Positions 37,951 to 48,266 of a DNA stretch of 64,000 bases are shown one piece after another. Source of the stretch: Chloroflexota bacterium (lineage in GTDB: Bacteria; Chloroflexota; UBA11872; VXOZ01); contig OZ244803.1 of NCBI GenBank assembly GCA_965220045.1, forward strand, positions 1,136,196 to 1,200,195, in the 5' to 3' direction. The notes beneath the pieces are model-generated. The model made no database searches. It saw only the letters and a list, made by a program, of their open reading frames with translations, and was not told the DNA's origin. Position 1 is the stretch's first letter. Every line of letters starts with the position of its first letter. The translations under genes and the position numbers were made by a program.

Positions 37951-38721
37951 TCAATGGAGGGGGGTGATTCCGAAGAACGTCTGGGCATTCCTATCCGTAA
38001 ACTCTTCCACTACTTCAGGCGCTACGTTTCGCCTCTGCGCCACTGCTTCCAGAGTAAACCGAACGAAAGCGGGCTCGTTCCGCTTGCCGCGGTGCGGCGC
38101 CGGTGCGAGGTAAGGACAGTCGGTCTCTAGCAACAATCTATCCGATGGTACCATCTTTGCGACTTGATGCAACTTCACGGCGGAGCGAAACGTCACCGGT
38201 CCCGCAAGAGAGATCATGCATCCCAAGTCAACGAACGCCGTTGCCTGAGTGACATCACCGGAAAAACAATGCATCACTGCCTGTCGCGGCGGCATCGCCT
38301 GCGCCAACATACGGTGCACATCCTCAAACGCCTCACGCATGTGCACGATTACAGGGAGATTGGATCTCGCGGCGAGGGCTAGCTGCCGGGAGAAAGCCGT
38401 GGCCTGACTATCTCTGGAGGCAAAATTGCGGTAGTAGTCTAAGCCGGTCTCTCCGATGGCGACGACTTTTGGGGCTTTGGCAAGAGACTCTAATTCGCGC
38501 CAGATTGCTGGGGTGTCCGATTCGGCCTCATGCGGGTGAATGCCGACCGCGGCCCAGCAATTGGCAAACCGCTCGGCAATTGCCACCGCTGTCCGGCTCG
38601 TGGGAATGTCCACACCCACCACGATGATTGTGCTTACGTTTCTTGATTCCGCACGGTTGACGACCGCTGAGAGGTCCTCAGCGAAGCGCGGTACATTGAT
38701 GTGGGCGTGCGTGTCCGTCAT
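37951..38721 (-). CDS. tatD: TatD family nuclease
   Basis: DTHAH, GIHPH, IGETGLDYY, HCFSG, ETDCPYL. Confidence 0.93.
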   Translation of the reverse strand: MTDTHAHINVPRFAEDLSAVVNRAESRNVSTIIVVGVDIPTSRTAVAIAERFANCWAAVGIHPHEAESDTPAIWRELESLAKAPKVVAIGETGLDYYRNFASRDSQATAFSRQLALAARSNLPVIVHMREAFEDVHRMLAQAMPPRQAVMHCFSGDVTQATAFVDLGCMISLAGPVTFRSAVKLHQVAKMVPSDRLLLETDCPYLAPAPHRGKRNEPAFVRFTLEAVAQRRNVAPEVVEEFTDRNAQTFFGITPLH

Positions 38722-38742
38722 ACGCGCATTGGCCGGGGCCGG

Positions 38743-40290
38743 TCACGTGCTCTCGGAGAATTCCGGCACTTCCAAGCGAGGGAAGAGCGGCTTGCCGGCA
38801 GTAATCGTGCGCTCCGGGGCTACACCACCCCACGCAAGGCCATGTTGCCACGCGCCTTCTGCAAGCGAAGATTCTCCGAGGCGTTCCAGAATGGCATCTG
38901 CGGTCTGCGGAATGTAGGGTCCGAGCAAGAGCGCAAGGATGCGCACGGCTTCCGTCACGTTGTAGAGCACCGTGCCGAGGCGTTCCCGTTTTTCGGAATC
39001 CTTGGCAAGCTCCCATGGCGCGTTTTCTTCGATATACTGATTCGCTCGCGTTACAAGCGTCCAGATGCTATCGAGCGCCGCGTCGAGGTCCCAGGATTCC
39101 AGCCCCTGCTCCGCTCCCGCAATGGCGCTTTGCGCCACGTCGCGGAGCGAAACATCGAGTTCGGTTTCACCTGACGGAGCGGGAAGGGTGCCGTCAAAAT
39201 AGCGCCCTATCATGGCGGTCGTGCGATGTACGAGGTTGCCGAGATCGTTCGCCAAGTCGGCGTTGTACCGGTTATAGAAGCTCTCCCACGAGAATACGCC
39301 GTCCTGGTCGAACGGGATTTCCCGCACCAGGTAGTAGCGCACGGCGTCGGCCCCAAACTCGTCCACCATCTCAAAGGGGTCTACGTCGGTGCCGCGGGAC
39401 TTGCTTATCTTCAAGCCGCGGAACATGATCCAGCCGTGCGCCCACACCGTCTTCGGCAAAGGGACACCGGCTGACATGAGCATGGCGGGCCAGTACACGC
39501 AGTGAAAACGGATAATGTCCTTGCCAATGACATGCGCATCCGCCGGCCAATACCGGGCAAACAAGTCGTCATCCTGCCCATAGCCAACGCCGGTGATGTA
39601 GTTGGTGAGCGCATCGAACCAAACGTAGATTACCTGCTCTTCGTCGAAGGGAACGGGTATGCCCCAGGTCTTGTTGGCGCGTGAAATGCTGAAATCCCGC
39701 AATTCGCCGCGCACCATGTTGACGACTTCATTGCGCCGGAAATCAGGCAAGACTGACTCCGGATGCTCATCATAGAATGCTAGCAACCGGTCCTGGTATT
39801 TGGAGAGGGCAAAGAAGTAATTATCTTCTTCCGTCCACTCCGGCTCGGCATCGTGCACTGGGCACTTGCCGTCTACCAAGTCGTCGTCGGCGTAGAAGGC
39901 TTCGCAAGGGAGGCAATACCACCCGGCATAGGTTCCTTTGTAGATGTCGCCGGCGTCGTAGCACTTCTGCAACAGGAGCCGCGCCGCGTGCTTGTGATGC
40001 TCTTCAGTTGTGCGGATGAAGCCGTTATAGGATATGTCGAGCTTGTCCCACAGGTCGCGAAAGAACTCCGCCATCTCGTCGCAATAGTCCTGCGGGTCCT
40101 TGCCCTGGCTTCTGGCCTGGCGCTCCACATTGAGGCTGTTTTCATCGAGGCCCGTAAGGAAGAAGGTATCGTACCCCTTCAAGCGCCGATAGCGCGCCTG
40201 CACGTCACAGCCGATAGTGCAAAACGCCGTGCCGATATGGGGCTTTGCGTTGGGGTAGTAGATGGGGGTTGTGAGATAGTATGTTGCCAT
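38743..40290 (-). CDS. metG: Methionine--tRNA ligase (no C-terminal Trbp domain)
   Basis: TTPIYYPN-PHIG, YVWFDAL, GKDIIRFH, KISKS, LGNLVHR. Confidence 0.97.
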   Translation of the reverse strand: MATYYLTTPIYYPNAKPHIGTAFCTIGCDVQARYRRLKGYDTFFLTGLDENSLNVERQARSQGKDPQDYCDEMAEFFRDLWDKLDISYNGFIRTTEEHHKHAARLLLQKCYDAGDIYKGTYAGWYCLPCEAFYADDDLVDGKCPVHDAEPEWTEEDNYFFALSKYQDRLLAFYDEHPESVLPDFRRNEVVNMVRGELRDFSISRANKTWGIPVPFDEEQVIYVWFDALTNYITGVGYGQDDDLFARYWPADAHVIGKDIIRFHCVYWPAMLMSAGVPLPKTVWAHGWIMFRGLKISKSRGTDVDPFEMVDEFGADAVRYYLVREIPFDQDGVFSWESFYNRYNADLANDLGNLVHRTTAMIGRYFDGTLPAPSGETELDVSLRDVAQSAIAGAEQGLESWDLDAALDSIWTLVTRANQYIEENAPWELAKDSEKRERLGTVLYNVTEAVRILALLLGPYIPQTADAILERLGESSLAEGAWQHGLAWGGVAPERTITAGKPLFPRLEVPEFSEST

Positions 40291-40530
40291 AGCTAAACTG
40301 AAGTTGGTCAAGGGGGATTCGGGAAGATCATATCCAGTGGTTTCCGTCCCACCATCATACCATGCAGTTTGGCAAGACCCAACTCGCTTATCTATCGGGA
40401 ATGTCTCTGCAGCGGCTTTTGGGTACAGCCGAAATGTGGCCGACCTGTGCTACACTGCCTCACGTAAGAATCCATAGACTGCCCGCCCAGCTTGCGAAAG
40501 CGTCACTGAGAGCCTTAGGAGGTACCCACC

Positions 40531-42204
40531 GTGTCAGTAGTTCGGACCCTGGTTGATGCCAAAGTGCCCATGCGGGACGGCGTGGCCCTATCGGCCGACA
40601 TATTCTTGCCGCCGCAGGCAGAGCCGGCGCCAACGGTGCTCGTGCGCACGCCGTACGGCAATAACACGGACCTTCACATCGAGAAAGGGCGCAAACTGGC
40701 GAGCCAGGGCTATGCCGCGGTGATCCAGGACGTACGCGGCCGGTGGGATTCCGATGGCTCCTACTACCCGGTGAACAATGAAGCCGATGACGGGCACGAT
40801 ACGGTTGAATGGATTGCGGAGCAACCCTGGAGTACCGGCAAGATCGGCATGGCGGGTGGTTCGTACCTGGGCATCACGCAGTGGACAGCGGCGTGGCGCG
40901 GCAGCCCGCATCTGACCTGTATTGCGCCGCGTGTCGCCCCGTGCGACTTCTATGATTCGCCGGGATACACCAATGGCGCTTTGCAGCTCGGCGTTCTTGC
41001 CACGTGGGGCTCGCGGACTCATGGCCGCACGGCCCAGAACATCGAGTACGAGGACTGGGTACGCGTCTTTCGCACGCTGCCCGTGGCCGACGTCACGACG
41101 GAGATTGGCCGTGACCTGGACTTTTGGAAAGACTGGATCCGCCATCCCCATTACGACGACTACTGGAAGCCTTCCAGCAATAGCGAGCACTGGCAGCATG
41201 TCGCTGCGCCCGCCTACAACATGGGCGGCTGGTTCGACCTCTATTCCAAAGCTACGTTCGACAACTGGAACGAACTGCGCCTGCGCGGCAGCTCGGCTGA
41301 GGCCCGGCAGAGTCAACTCATCATGGGGGCGTGGCCGCATGGGCTCTCAACCTCGCGGGTTACGGGTCAAGTAGACTTCGGCGCAGATTCAATGGTAGAC
41401 CTGGATGGGGAAGAACTGCGCTGGTTTGATTACTGGCTAAAGGGGGAGCAGAACGGCATCCTCGACGAACCGCCCTTGCGGCTCTTCATCATGGGGCGCA
41501 ATGAGTGGCGGAGCGAGCACGAGTGGCCGCTGGCGCGTACGGACTGGCAGCAGTGGTACTTCCATTCGCAAGGCGGCGCAAACACGCTCAAGGGTGACGG
41601 CAGCCTTTCTACCGACGTACCGGCGGACGAACCCTCAGACAGTTTCACGTACGACCCGATCGCTCCGGTCCCGACGCTTGGCGGCAACAACTGCTGCTCG
41701 CCGCACATTGTACCGTGGGGGCCCTACGACCAGCAGAACATAGAGATGCGCCAGGATGTCTTGTGCTACACCAGCGAACCGCTCAAGAGCGAGGTGGAGG
41801 TGACAGGCCCAATCAAGGTGGTGCTCTACGCCGCCAGCGATCGACCGGACACGGACTGGACGGCCAAACTGGTAGACGTCCACCCGGACGGCCGTGCTCT
41901 TAGCCTGTGTGACGGCATCGTGCGCGCGCGATTCCGCGAGGGACGGGAAACGTATTCACTCATCGATCCCGGCACCGTGTACGAGTACGAGATTGACCTC
42001 TGGGTGATCGGCAACGTCTTTCTTGCCGGACATCAAATCCGGATTGAAATCTCGTCCAGCAACTTCCCGCGTTTCGATCGCAATCTCAACACCGGCAGTG
42101 AGAACAATGGCTTGGAGGACCGCTGGGAGCTCGCCCACCAGACGGTGCTCCACAGCAAGGCGTATCCTTCCCACATTCTCTTGCCGGTGATTCCCGCTTC
42201 GTGA
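40531..42204 (+). CDS. CocE/NonD family serine hydrolase
   Basis: PMRDGV-L, RTPYG, QDVRG, GGSYLG, GWFD, SSSNFPRFDRN. Confidence 0.93.
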   Translation: MSVVRTLVDAKVPMRDGVALSADIFLPPQAEPAPTVLVRTPYGNNTDLHIEKGRKLASQGYAAVIQDVRGRWDSDGSYYPVNNEADDGHDTVEWIAEQPWSTGKIGMAGGSYLGITQWTAAWRGSPHLTCIAPRVAPCDFYDSPGYTNGALQLGVLATWGSRTHGRTAQNIEYEDWVRVFRTLPVADVTTEIGRDLDFWKDWIRHPHYDDYWKPSSNSEHWQHVAAPAYNMGGWFDLYSKATFDNWNELRLRGSSAEARQSQLIMGAWPHGLSTSRVTGQVDFGADSMVDLDGEELRWFDYWLKGEQNGILDEPPLRLFIMGRNEWRSEHEWPLARTDWQQWYFHSQGGANTLKGDGSLSTDVPADEPSDSFTYDPIAPVPTLGGNNCCSPHIVPWGPYDQQNIEMRQDVLCYTSEPLKSEVEVTGPIKVVLYAASDRPDTDWTAKLVDVHPDGRALSLCDGIVRARFREGRETYSLIDPGTVYEYEIDLWVIGNVFLAGHQIRIEISSSNFPRFDRNLNTGSENNGLEDRWELAHQTVLHSKAYPSHILLPVIPAS

Positions 42205-42441
42205 AGCGACCGCGGCTGCGGAATGCCGGCTATTAGCTTTGGCCCCAATGCGCAGCGCGGCCGTTTGTCGCAAGCGCGAGGCAGTCTATAGCAGCATGAA
42301 AACGAACCATGAGGAAGAACGGGGCGTCAGCTAATTGGGCAGTGACAGATCGCGCCTGCCGGGCGCTGTGAGACAGCGGGCCGGCGGCGCGCAGGGGACG
42401 GCGCACGTGCGAGAAGGCCATTGAGAAAGTGCCCACGACAA

Positions 42442-42471
42442 AAGGGGCGGAGAGAATTCTCTCCGCCCCTT
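42442..42471. terminator. 30-bp perfect palindrome downstream of ftsZ
   Basis: AAGGGGCGGAGAGAA|TTCTCTCCGCCCCTT with T-run on the minus strand. Confidence 0.8.
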
Positions 42472-42504
42472 CCTTCATTCCTTGAATTAGAACGTCAGTG
42501 ACTG

Positions 42505-43692
42505 TCAGCGGTCCTGGCGGTTCATGCGTTTCCTCAAGAACGTCGGGACCTCAAGGTCGTGTTCCGTGTCGACGTCGTTCATCTCTTCCTTGCCGATGGG
42601 GATGACTGAGGGCCGATCTCCTGCATCCGGGCTGCGGGGCTCCGCGGCGCCGCGCGTACTCGGGCGCCGAATGTCTTGCTCGTCGAAGCCAGTGGCAATC
42701 ACCGTTATTTGAATATCCGAACTCATTGACTCGTCAATCACGGAGCCGAAGATGATTTGTGCGTCCGGGTCGGCGGCGTTTGAGATAATCTCCGCGGCTT
42801 GGGAGACTTCGTGCAGACTCATGTCCGGGCCGCCGGTGAAATTCAGCAGAATGCCCTTGGCGCCGTCGATGGACAATTCAAGCAACGGGTTGGCCAAGGC
42901 GTCTCGCACGGCATCCGCGGCACGGTTCTCGCCGCTGCCGTAGCCAATTGCCATATACGCCGTGCCGGAATTCTGCATGATGGCCTTGACGTCATTGAAG
43001 TCAAGGTTTATGAGCCCGGGTTGCGTGATGAGATCGGAAATGCCCTGTACCGCCTGTCGCAAGACCTCATCCGCCAAGCGGAACGCTTCCGTAATCGGTG
43101 TATTCTTGGGCGCAATTTCCAAAATGCGGTCGTTAGGAATAGTAATGAGCGTATCCACGTGCTCTCGCAGTTTGCGCACGCCCTCTTCGCTAATGCGCCT
43201 GCGTGGGACGCCTTCCCATGTAAACGGTCGCGTGACCACTCCGACCGTCAGTGCCGCAATATTGCGGGAGATTTCCCCAATGACGGGTGCGGAGCCGGTA
43301 CCGGTGCCGCCACCCATACCGACCGCAATGAACACCATGTCCGAGCCGCGCAGCGCGTCCTGCAACTCCTCGTAGGCTTCCTCCGCCGCCTTCTCCCCTA
43401 CCGCGGGCTGACCGCCGGCTCCCAAGCCCTTCGTTAGCTTATCGCCGATTCGGATGCGTCTTTCAGCCTGGGAGCTCATCAAAGTTTGCGCGTCGGTATT
43501 CACGGTAATGAACTCAACGCCGCTCACCCCGCTTTGAATCATGCGGTCTACGGCATTGCCGCCGGCCCCGCCTGCGCCAACCACTTTAATGTGCGCCCAC
43601 GATTCCTGGCGCTGCCTCGGGTCCAATCTTCCCGAGTCATCGCTCGAGCTTGAGGGAAGTCGCGAAATGCGGCTTTCTGGATTGTCTGCCAT
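42505..43692 (-). CDS. ftsZ: Cell division GTPase FtsZ
   Basis: [29 protein letters not shown]-terminal LEVPTFLRK. Confidence 0.98.
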   Translation of the reverse strand: MADNPESRISRLPSSSSDDSGRLDPRQRQESWAHIKVVGAGGAGGNAVDRMIQSGVSGVEFITVNTDAQTLMSSQAERRIRIGDKLTKGLGAGGQPAVGEKAAEEAYEELQDALRGSDMVFIAVGMGGGTGTGSAPVIGEISRNIAALTVGVVTRPFTWEGVPRRRISEEGVRKLREHVDTLITIPNDRILEIAPKNTPITEAFRLADEVLRQAVQGISDLITQPGLINLDFNDVKAIMQNSGTAYMAIGYGSGENRAADAVRDALANPLLELSIDGAKGILLNFTGGPDMSLHEVSQAAEIISNAADPDAQIIFGSVIDESMSSDIQITVIATGFDEQDIRRPSTRGAAEPRSPDAGDRPSVIPIGKEEMNDVDTEHDLEVPTFLRKRMNRQDR

Positions 43693-43712
43693 GGCTACCA
43701 CCCTACATTGCG

Positions 43713-44954
43713 TTAACTCATTGGAATAAACGACCGCATGACTGTACCAAGTCTCTCCGCCATCGTACCAAAAACAGCACCCATGGGTCGTCGAACCCGC
43801 GAACTTTCAAGGCGAGCGGCGTACATGGCCAAGCCGACACTGGTAGCAAATTCGGGTCGGCAAAGCTCTTCGCTCATTCCTCGCAACACGGGTACCACCC
43901 CTTGCCGCACCGGCAGGCCCAACACCGCCGTTGCCAGATCTTCCAGCCCATGCAGTTCCGAACCGCCGCCAGTGAAGACTACTCCTGCCGGCAAGACATC
44001 GAAATATCCGGTGCGCCGGATCTCGTCCTTGATGAACTCCAATAGCTCTTCCATGCGAGCCACGACGATTGTCGCCAAGTCGCGATGCTCGAGCACCGTC
44101 CATCTTCCCGGCAAGAAACCGGGTGCATCGATCTCGGTCTCGTCTTCCAGCGCCTCTTCACTTACCGTAGCGTACTGCAACTTCATCTCTTCCGCAACCT
44201 CTTGGGGCAATTTCAAGCCGTACGATATGTCCTTGGTGATGTTGATGCCACCAAGAGGAATGCTGGCAGTGTGCCACGGCACGCCATCTGTGTAGAGCAC
44301 AATATCGGTTGTGCCGCCTCCAATATCGACGAGAACGACACCTAGCTGCTTTTCCTGCTCTGAGAGTACGGCATCGGCCGCGGCAAGTGCTTGAGGGGTG
44401 ATCTCTCCGGCAACGACCAAGTCGGCCGCATTGACACACGTTGTGAGGTTGCGAACCGATCCCACGGTGCCGGTAATCAAGTGTACTTCCGCGCCGAGCA
44501 CGTTGCCATACATTCCGGCGGGATCCCGGATGCCCTCAGTCCCGTCCAGAATGAAACCCACGGGAAAAGCCATAAGCACTTGGCGGTCTTCAGGTATGGC
44601 GGCTCTGTGCGCCATCTCCAAGACCTCGTTGATTTCGGTATGGGTGATCGCGCCCTTGGATCGTTTCACCACGGTTTCAACGCGCACGATCTGCGAACTA
44701 ATGGTGCACCCACTGACGCTGATATGTGCAGTGAGCGGCGTCTTGCCAAGAGACTGCCTGAGGTCTTGCAGGCACGTACGTATCGACCAGGTTGCGGCTT
44801 CCATATCGACGACGGCGCCACGAACTACACCGTGGGTTGGGGCGATTCCGACACCCACGATTTCAGGAAGTCCGTCAGGAGAGGCCTCACACGCGAGAGC
44901 GCGCGTAAAAGTGGATCCCACGTCAATACTGACGAGGAGATTGCTTTTGCCCAC
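43713..44954 (-). CDS. ftsA: Cell division protein FtsA
   Basis: [22 protein letters not shown], amphipathic C-terminal helix. Confidence 0.95.
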   Translation of the reverse strand: MGKSNLLVSIDVGSTFTRALACEASPDGLPEIVGVGIAPTHGVVRGAVVDMEAATWSIRTCLQDLRQSLGKTPLTAHISVSGCTISSQIVRVETVVKRSKGAITHTEINEVLEMAHRAAIPEDRQVLMAFPVGFILDGTEGIRDPAGMYGNVLGAEVHLITGTVGSVRNLTTCVNAADLVVAGEITPQALAAADAVLSEQEKQLGVVLVDIGGGTTDIVLYTDGVPWHTASIPLGGINITKDISYGLKLPQEVAEEMKLQYATVSEEALEDETEIDAPGFLPGRWTVLEHRDLATIVVARMEELLEFIKDEIRRTGYFDVLPAGVVFTGGGSELHGLEDLATAVLGLPVRQGVVPVLRGMSEELCRPEFATSVGLAMYAARLESSRVRRPMGAVFGTMAERLGTVMRSFIPMS

Positions 44955-44987
44955 GTTTAGTCCTACCTTGCGGGAAAAACTGGTTAC

Positions 44988-45016
44988 ATTATAGCTTTAT
45001 ATTCATGCATCAGCAA
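44988..45016 (-). promoter_or_regulatory. Internal sigma70-type promoter for ftsA-ftsZ
   Basis: TTGCTG-17 nt-TATAAT on the minus strand. Confidence 0.6.
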
Positions 45017-45062
45017 ATTCTCAGTTGAATTGCTGTCAAGCACCGTAATCTTCATGCTGCAG

Positions 45063-45860
45063 CTACAAACGAAACGTCGGACTCCTGCTCGGCCGCAGAT
45101 CGATGACGTCAACAGCGCCCTGCTGCTCTCGCGCAACTTTGAGTACTGTCAGCAATTCCTGGGTCTTTTCGACGATACGGTCTGCGCTGCCGTATTTGGC
45201 AGTCCATCCTTCCTCCGCTTCAACGGAAAGGCCTTCCAACGTGGAATATCGAAACGCGCTAATGCCTATGCCGACGCGCGACAAGAGGTCGCGCAGGAGG
45301 AACGCCATTTCCACGGCACTGGCGTCCACGAGGTCTCCTGTGTTCAGGGGCACTCCGGTGTCGTCGATCAAGGTCACTTCAAGTTCCGGCGCGGCGCCGC
45401 TGCCCAAGATCACACCGTCTCGCGAAACGAGGAAGACATGGCCGTTGGCGATCCACCGTGCCTCCGGCTGCCGTTCCGCCATCTCCACGACTGCTTTGCT
45501 GGGAAGAACGAGGAAGAGGCGGGCATCCGCAACGGCAGGTAGCCGCGCTATCTGCTGCTTGACCTGGTGCGGATCGAGCAAGAAAATCGGCTGTCCCACA
45601 AGCCCCGTGAACGACTGGATCTTCACGAGCGAGTTATCTCCGGCGAGCGTTGGCGGTGTAATGCGGCGAATAGCGACTATCGACACGTGAAACTCCGGTG
45701 AAGTGAGCGCGCCCCAAAGGGCGAACGAAACGGCAAAGCCAAGAGCCAGGGAAAGCCAACGATGGCCGAAGTTGCGCACGCCGCGGCCGAGAAAGCGAAA
45801 TAGGCGTCCGGCTGCGCCGAACTTGCCGCTCGTTTCGGGGTTGTGCACGCGTGCTGCCAT
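45063..45860 (-). CDS. ftsQ: Cell division protein FtsQ/DivIB
   Basis: Single TM, POTRA-like segment, C-terminal IDLR; located between murB and ftsA. Confidence 0.8.
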   Translation of the reverse strand: MAARVHNPETSGKFGAAGRLFRFLGRGVRNFGHRWLSLALGFAVSFALWGALTSPEFHVSIVAIRRITPPTLAGDNSLVKIQSFTGLVGQPIFLLDPHQVKQQIARLPAVADARLFLVLPSKAVVEMAERQPEARWIANGHVFLVSRDGVILGSGAAPELEVTLIDDTGVPLNTGDLVDASAVEMAFLLRDLLSRVGIGISAFRYSTLEGLSVEAEEGWTAKYGSADRIVEKTQELLTVLKVAREQQGAVDVIDLRPSRSPTFRL

Positions 45861-45864
45861 GAAC

Positions 45865-46839
45865 TTAGACTTTCCACTCCCCGAAGAGCTCGACTTCTCG
45901 CTGCAAGGTAACGTGCGAGCGGCGCTTGACCGCTTGTTCGATTGCTCGGATCAAACCGAGTACGTCGTCAGCCTTTGCCGGTCCGTCGTTGATGATGAAG
46001 TTGGCGTGTTGCCGGGAAACGTGCGCCCCTCCCACTGTCTTACCCCGCATCCCTGCCTCGTCTATGAGTTTCCAAGCGCTCATTTCGGGCGGATTGCGAA
46101 AGACCGAGCCGGAGCTCGGAGCCGTGGGTTGCGTGCGCTGACGCGTCTGCAGGCGCTCCTGGATGGAGCCCAGAATTCGATCCGGGTCTCCTCGCGTCAG
46201 CCGGAGTTCGGCGCCCAAAACCACGGCATAGCCGGGACGTTCCTTGATTGTGCTTGTGCGATAGGCATAGGCCATCTCATCCGGATAGATCCAGCGCTCT
46301 CCCTGGCGGTCGAGAGCCCTGACGCGGGAGACTGATTCGGCTGCCGTCCAGCCATACGCGCCGGCATTGTTCACGACCGCTCCTCCCACAGTTCCCGGTA
46401 TCGTTGCCGCCCCCTCGAGGCCGGATAGTCCGAGGCCGGCGGCCCAACGCGCTGTGCTAATCAGAGAGCATCCCGCATCCGCCCAGATGGAGACTCCATC
46501 GGCGCATTGGCCCCGTTCTCCACCATGGTTTCTGACGACTAACCCGCGGACTCCCGCATCCGCGGCTATGAGATTGGTCCCGTCTCCAATAACCCGGAAC
46601 GAGATCGCGTGCCTGTAGGCTTCTGTCACCACTATACGCAGGGCCTCCCGGGTACGAACACGAATGAGCAGATCTGCCGCCCCACCTACCCGCACTGACG
46701 TGTGCTTGGCCAGGGGCTCGTGCCACGCGGGTCTCAGTCCCAATGACGAACGTGCGGCGATGTCTGCAATGGCGGCCAGCTTGCCTGCGTCAGGATTCCC
46801 GGATGGCGGACGTTCGCTTTCCACGGCAATAGCGCTCAC
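45865..46839 (-). CDS. murB: UDP-N-acetylenolpyruvoylglucosamine reductase
   Basis: VGGAAD, IPGTVGGA, NAGAY, GSVFRNP, HANFIIN. Confidence 0.95.
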   Translation of the reverse strand: MSAIAVESERPPSGNPDAGKLAAIADIAARSSLGLRPAWHEPLAKHTSVRVGGAADLLIRVRTREALRIVVTEAYRHAISFRVIGDGTNLIAADAGVRGLVVRNHGGERGQCADGVSIWADAGCSLISTARWAAGLGLSGLEGAATIPGTVGGAVVNNAGAYGWTAAESVSRVRALDRQGERWIYPDEMAYAYRTSTIKERPGYAVVLGAELRLTRGDPDRILGSIQERLQTRQRTQPTAPSSGSVFRNPPEMSAWKLIDEAGMRGKTVGGAHVSRQHANFIINDGPAKADDVLGLIRAIEQAVKRRSHVTLQREVELFGEWKV

Positions 46840-48257
46840 AATGATGATCCCGCTGGGGTGCGAGTTTGCAAGTATTCAAGTATCGAGTCGCACAATTCGG
46901 TGATGTCGCCGGCGCCCATGACGATGACCAAGTCGTTAGACTCTACGATCTGCACTACCTGGGACAGTGCGTCTGTCAGGGTGGCCGCATAGCCGGCATC
47001 GCGCGGTCCCGACACCGCGCGCGCCAGGTCGGCACTCGAAAGCGTCAACGGTTCCTCCCTGCCGGCGGGCTGATAGATCTCCACAAGGATGAGTTTATCG
47101 GCGCCGCAAAACGCGTCCCGAAACTCGTCAAAGAAGTCGGCAGTGCGACTGCGTAGGTGCGGTTGGAAAACGCAAATGATTCTTCCCGCGTGCCAATCTC
47201 TGGCGGCCTGCAGCGAAGCCCTCACTTCTGTGGGGTGATGGGCGTAGTCATCCACCACAGTGACTCCATCGATAGTTCCGCGTGCTTCGAGACGCCGCTT
47301 GACGCCGCTAAATCGATTGAGTGCCTGCGTAACGGAGCCCGCAGGTATGCCAATGGCGTCCAGCGCCGCTACGCAAGCCAGGGCATTGAGTACGTTGTGC
47401 AGTCCCGGGACCTGTAGCGAGAGGCGGTGACGCTCACCGCTATTGCTTTGGATGAGCGCATCATAGCCGCTGCCCATTCGCGGGGACAATTCCGCGCAGA
47501 CCCAATCTGCATTGCCGCTTAGCGACCAGGTCTTTCGCTTGACGTTCGTGTCACCGGCGATGCGGCGGCAGGCGGGGCTGTCCGCGTGTGTCGCTACGGT
47601 GCCGTCGTCGGGTACGTTGCCGACGAACGCCTGGAATGCGTTTTCAAGGCCCTCCAGTGTGCCGTAGGTGTCGAGATGGTCGGCTTCTACGGCGGTGACT
47701 ACGGCCACCGTAGGGAAGAGCTCGAGGAAGGCTCGGTCGAACTCGTCCGCCTCGATCACCAAGGTCGCGCCGGTGCCCCAATGCGCGTTGAGAGAAAAGT
47801 CCCGGGGATCGCCGCCAATCATGAAGGACGGGTCATGATTGGTGGCACGCAAGGCGTGCGTGATCATCGTGCTCGTCGTAGTCTTGCCGTGCGTGCCGGC
47901 CACCGCGATGGTAGTCTTGCTGAGAGTGAGGGCTCCCTGCAGAACCGCGCGCTTTACTGCGGGTATGCCGTGTTGCGCCGCCGCGGCGAGTTCGGCGTTT
48001 TCCGGCGCGATGGCCGAACTGAAAACGGCAAGATCACGGCCAAGCACATTTTCGGCCGCATGCCCGACTGCCACGTCCACGCCGAGGTCGCGCAGGGCAT
48101 CGAGACCGGCCGAGTCGACCAGGTCGGAGCCGCTGACCCGATGTCCTTGCGTAGTAAGAATGCGCGCGATCCCCGACATAGCCGCGCCGCCCATCCCAAT
48201 GAGATGGACACTGCGCGTTTCGGCTTCAAGAAACTGCTTTAATTCGTGTGCGTTCAG
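46836..48257 (-). CDS. murC: UDP-N-acetylmuramate--L-alanine ligase (probable CTG start)
   Basis: VHLIGMGGAAMSGIA, GTHGKTTT, EADEFD, DHLD, DDYAHHPTE, FQPH, MGAGDI. Confidence 0.93.
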   Translation of the reverse strand: MNAHELKQFLEAETRSVHLIGMGGAAMSGIARILTTQGHRVSGSDLVDSAGLDALRDLGVDVAVGHAAENVLGRDLAVFSSAIAPENAELAAAAQHGIPAVKRAVLQGALTLSKTTIAVAGTHGKTTTSTMITHALRATNHDPSFMIGGDPRDFSLNAHWGTGATLVIEADEFDRAFLELFPTVAVVTAVEADHLDTYGTLEGLENAFQAFVGNVPDDGTVATHADSPACRRIAGDTNVKRKTWSLSGNADWVCAELSPRMGSGYDALIQSNSGERHRLSLQVPGLHNVLNALACVAALDAIGIPAGSVTQALNRFSGVKRRLEARGTIDGVTVVDDYAHHPTEVRASLQAARDWHAGRIICVFQPHLRSRTADFFDEFRDAFCGADKLILVEIYQPAGREEPLTLSSADLARAVSGPRDAGYAATLTDALSQVVQIVESNDLVIVMGAGDITELCDSILEYLQTRTPAGSSL

Positions 48258-48266
48258 CGAAAACCT

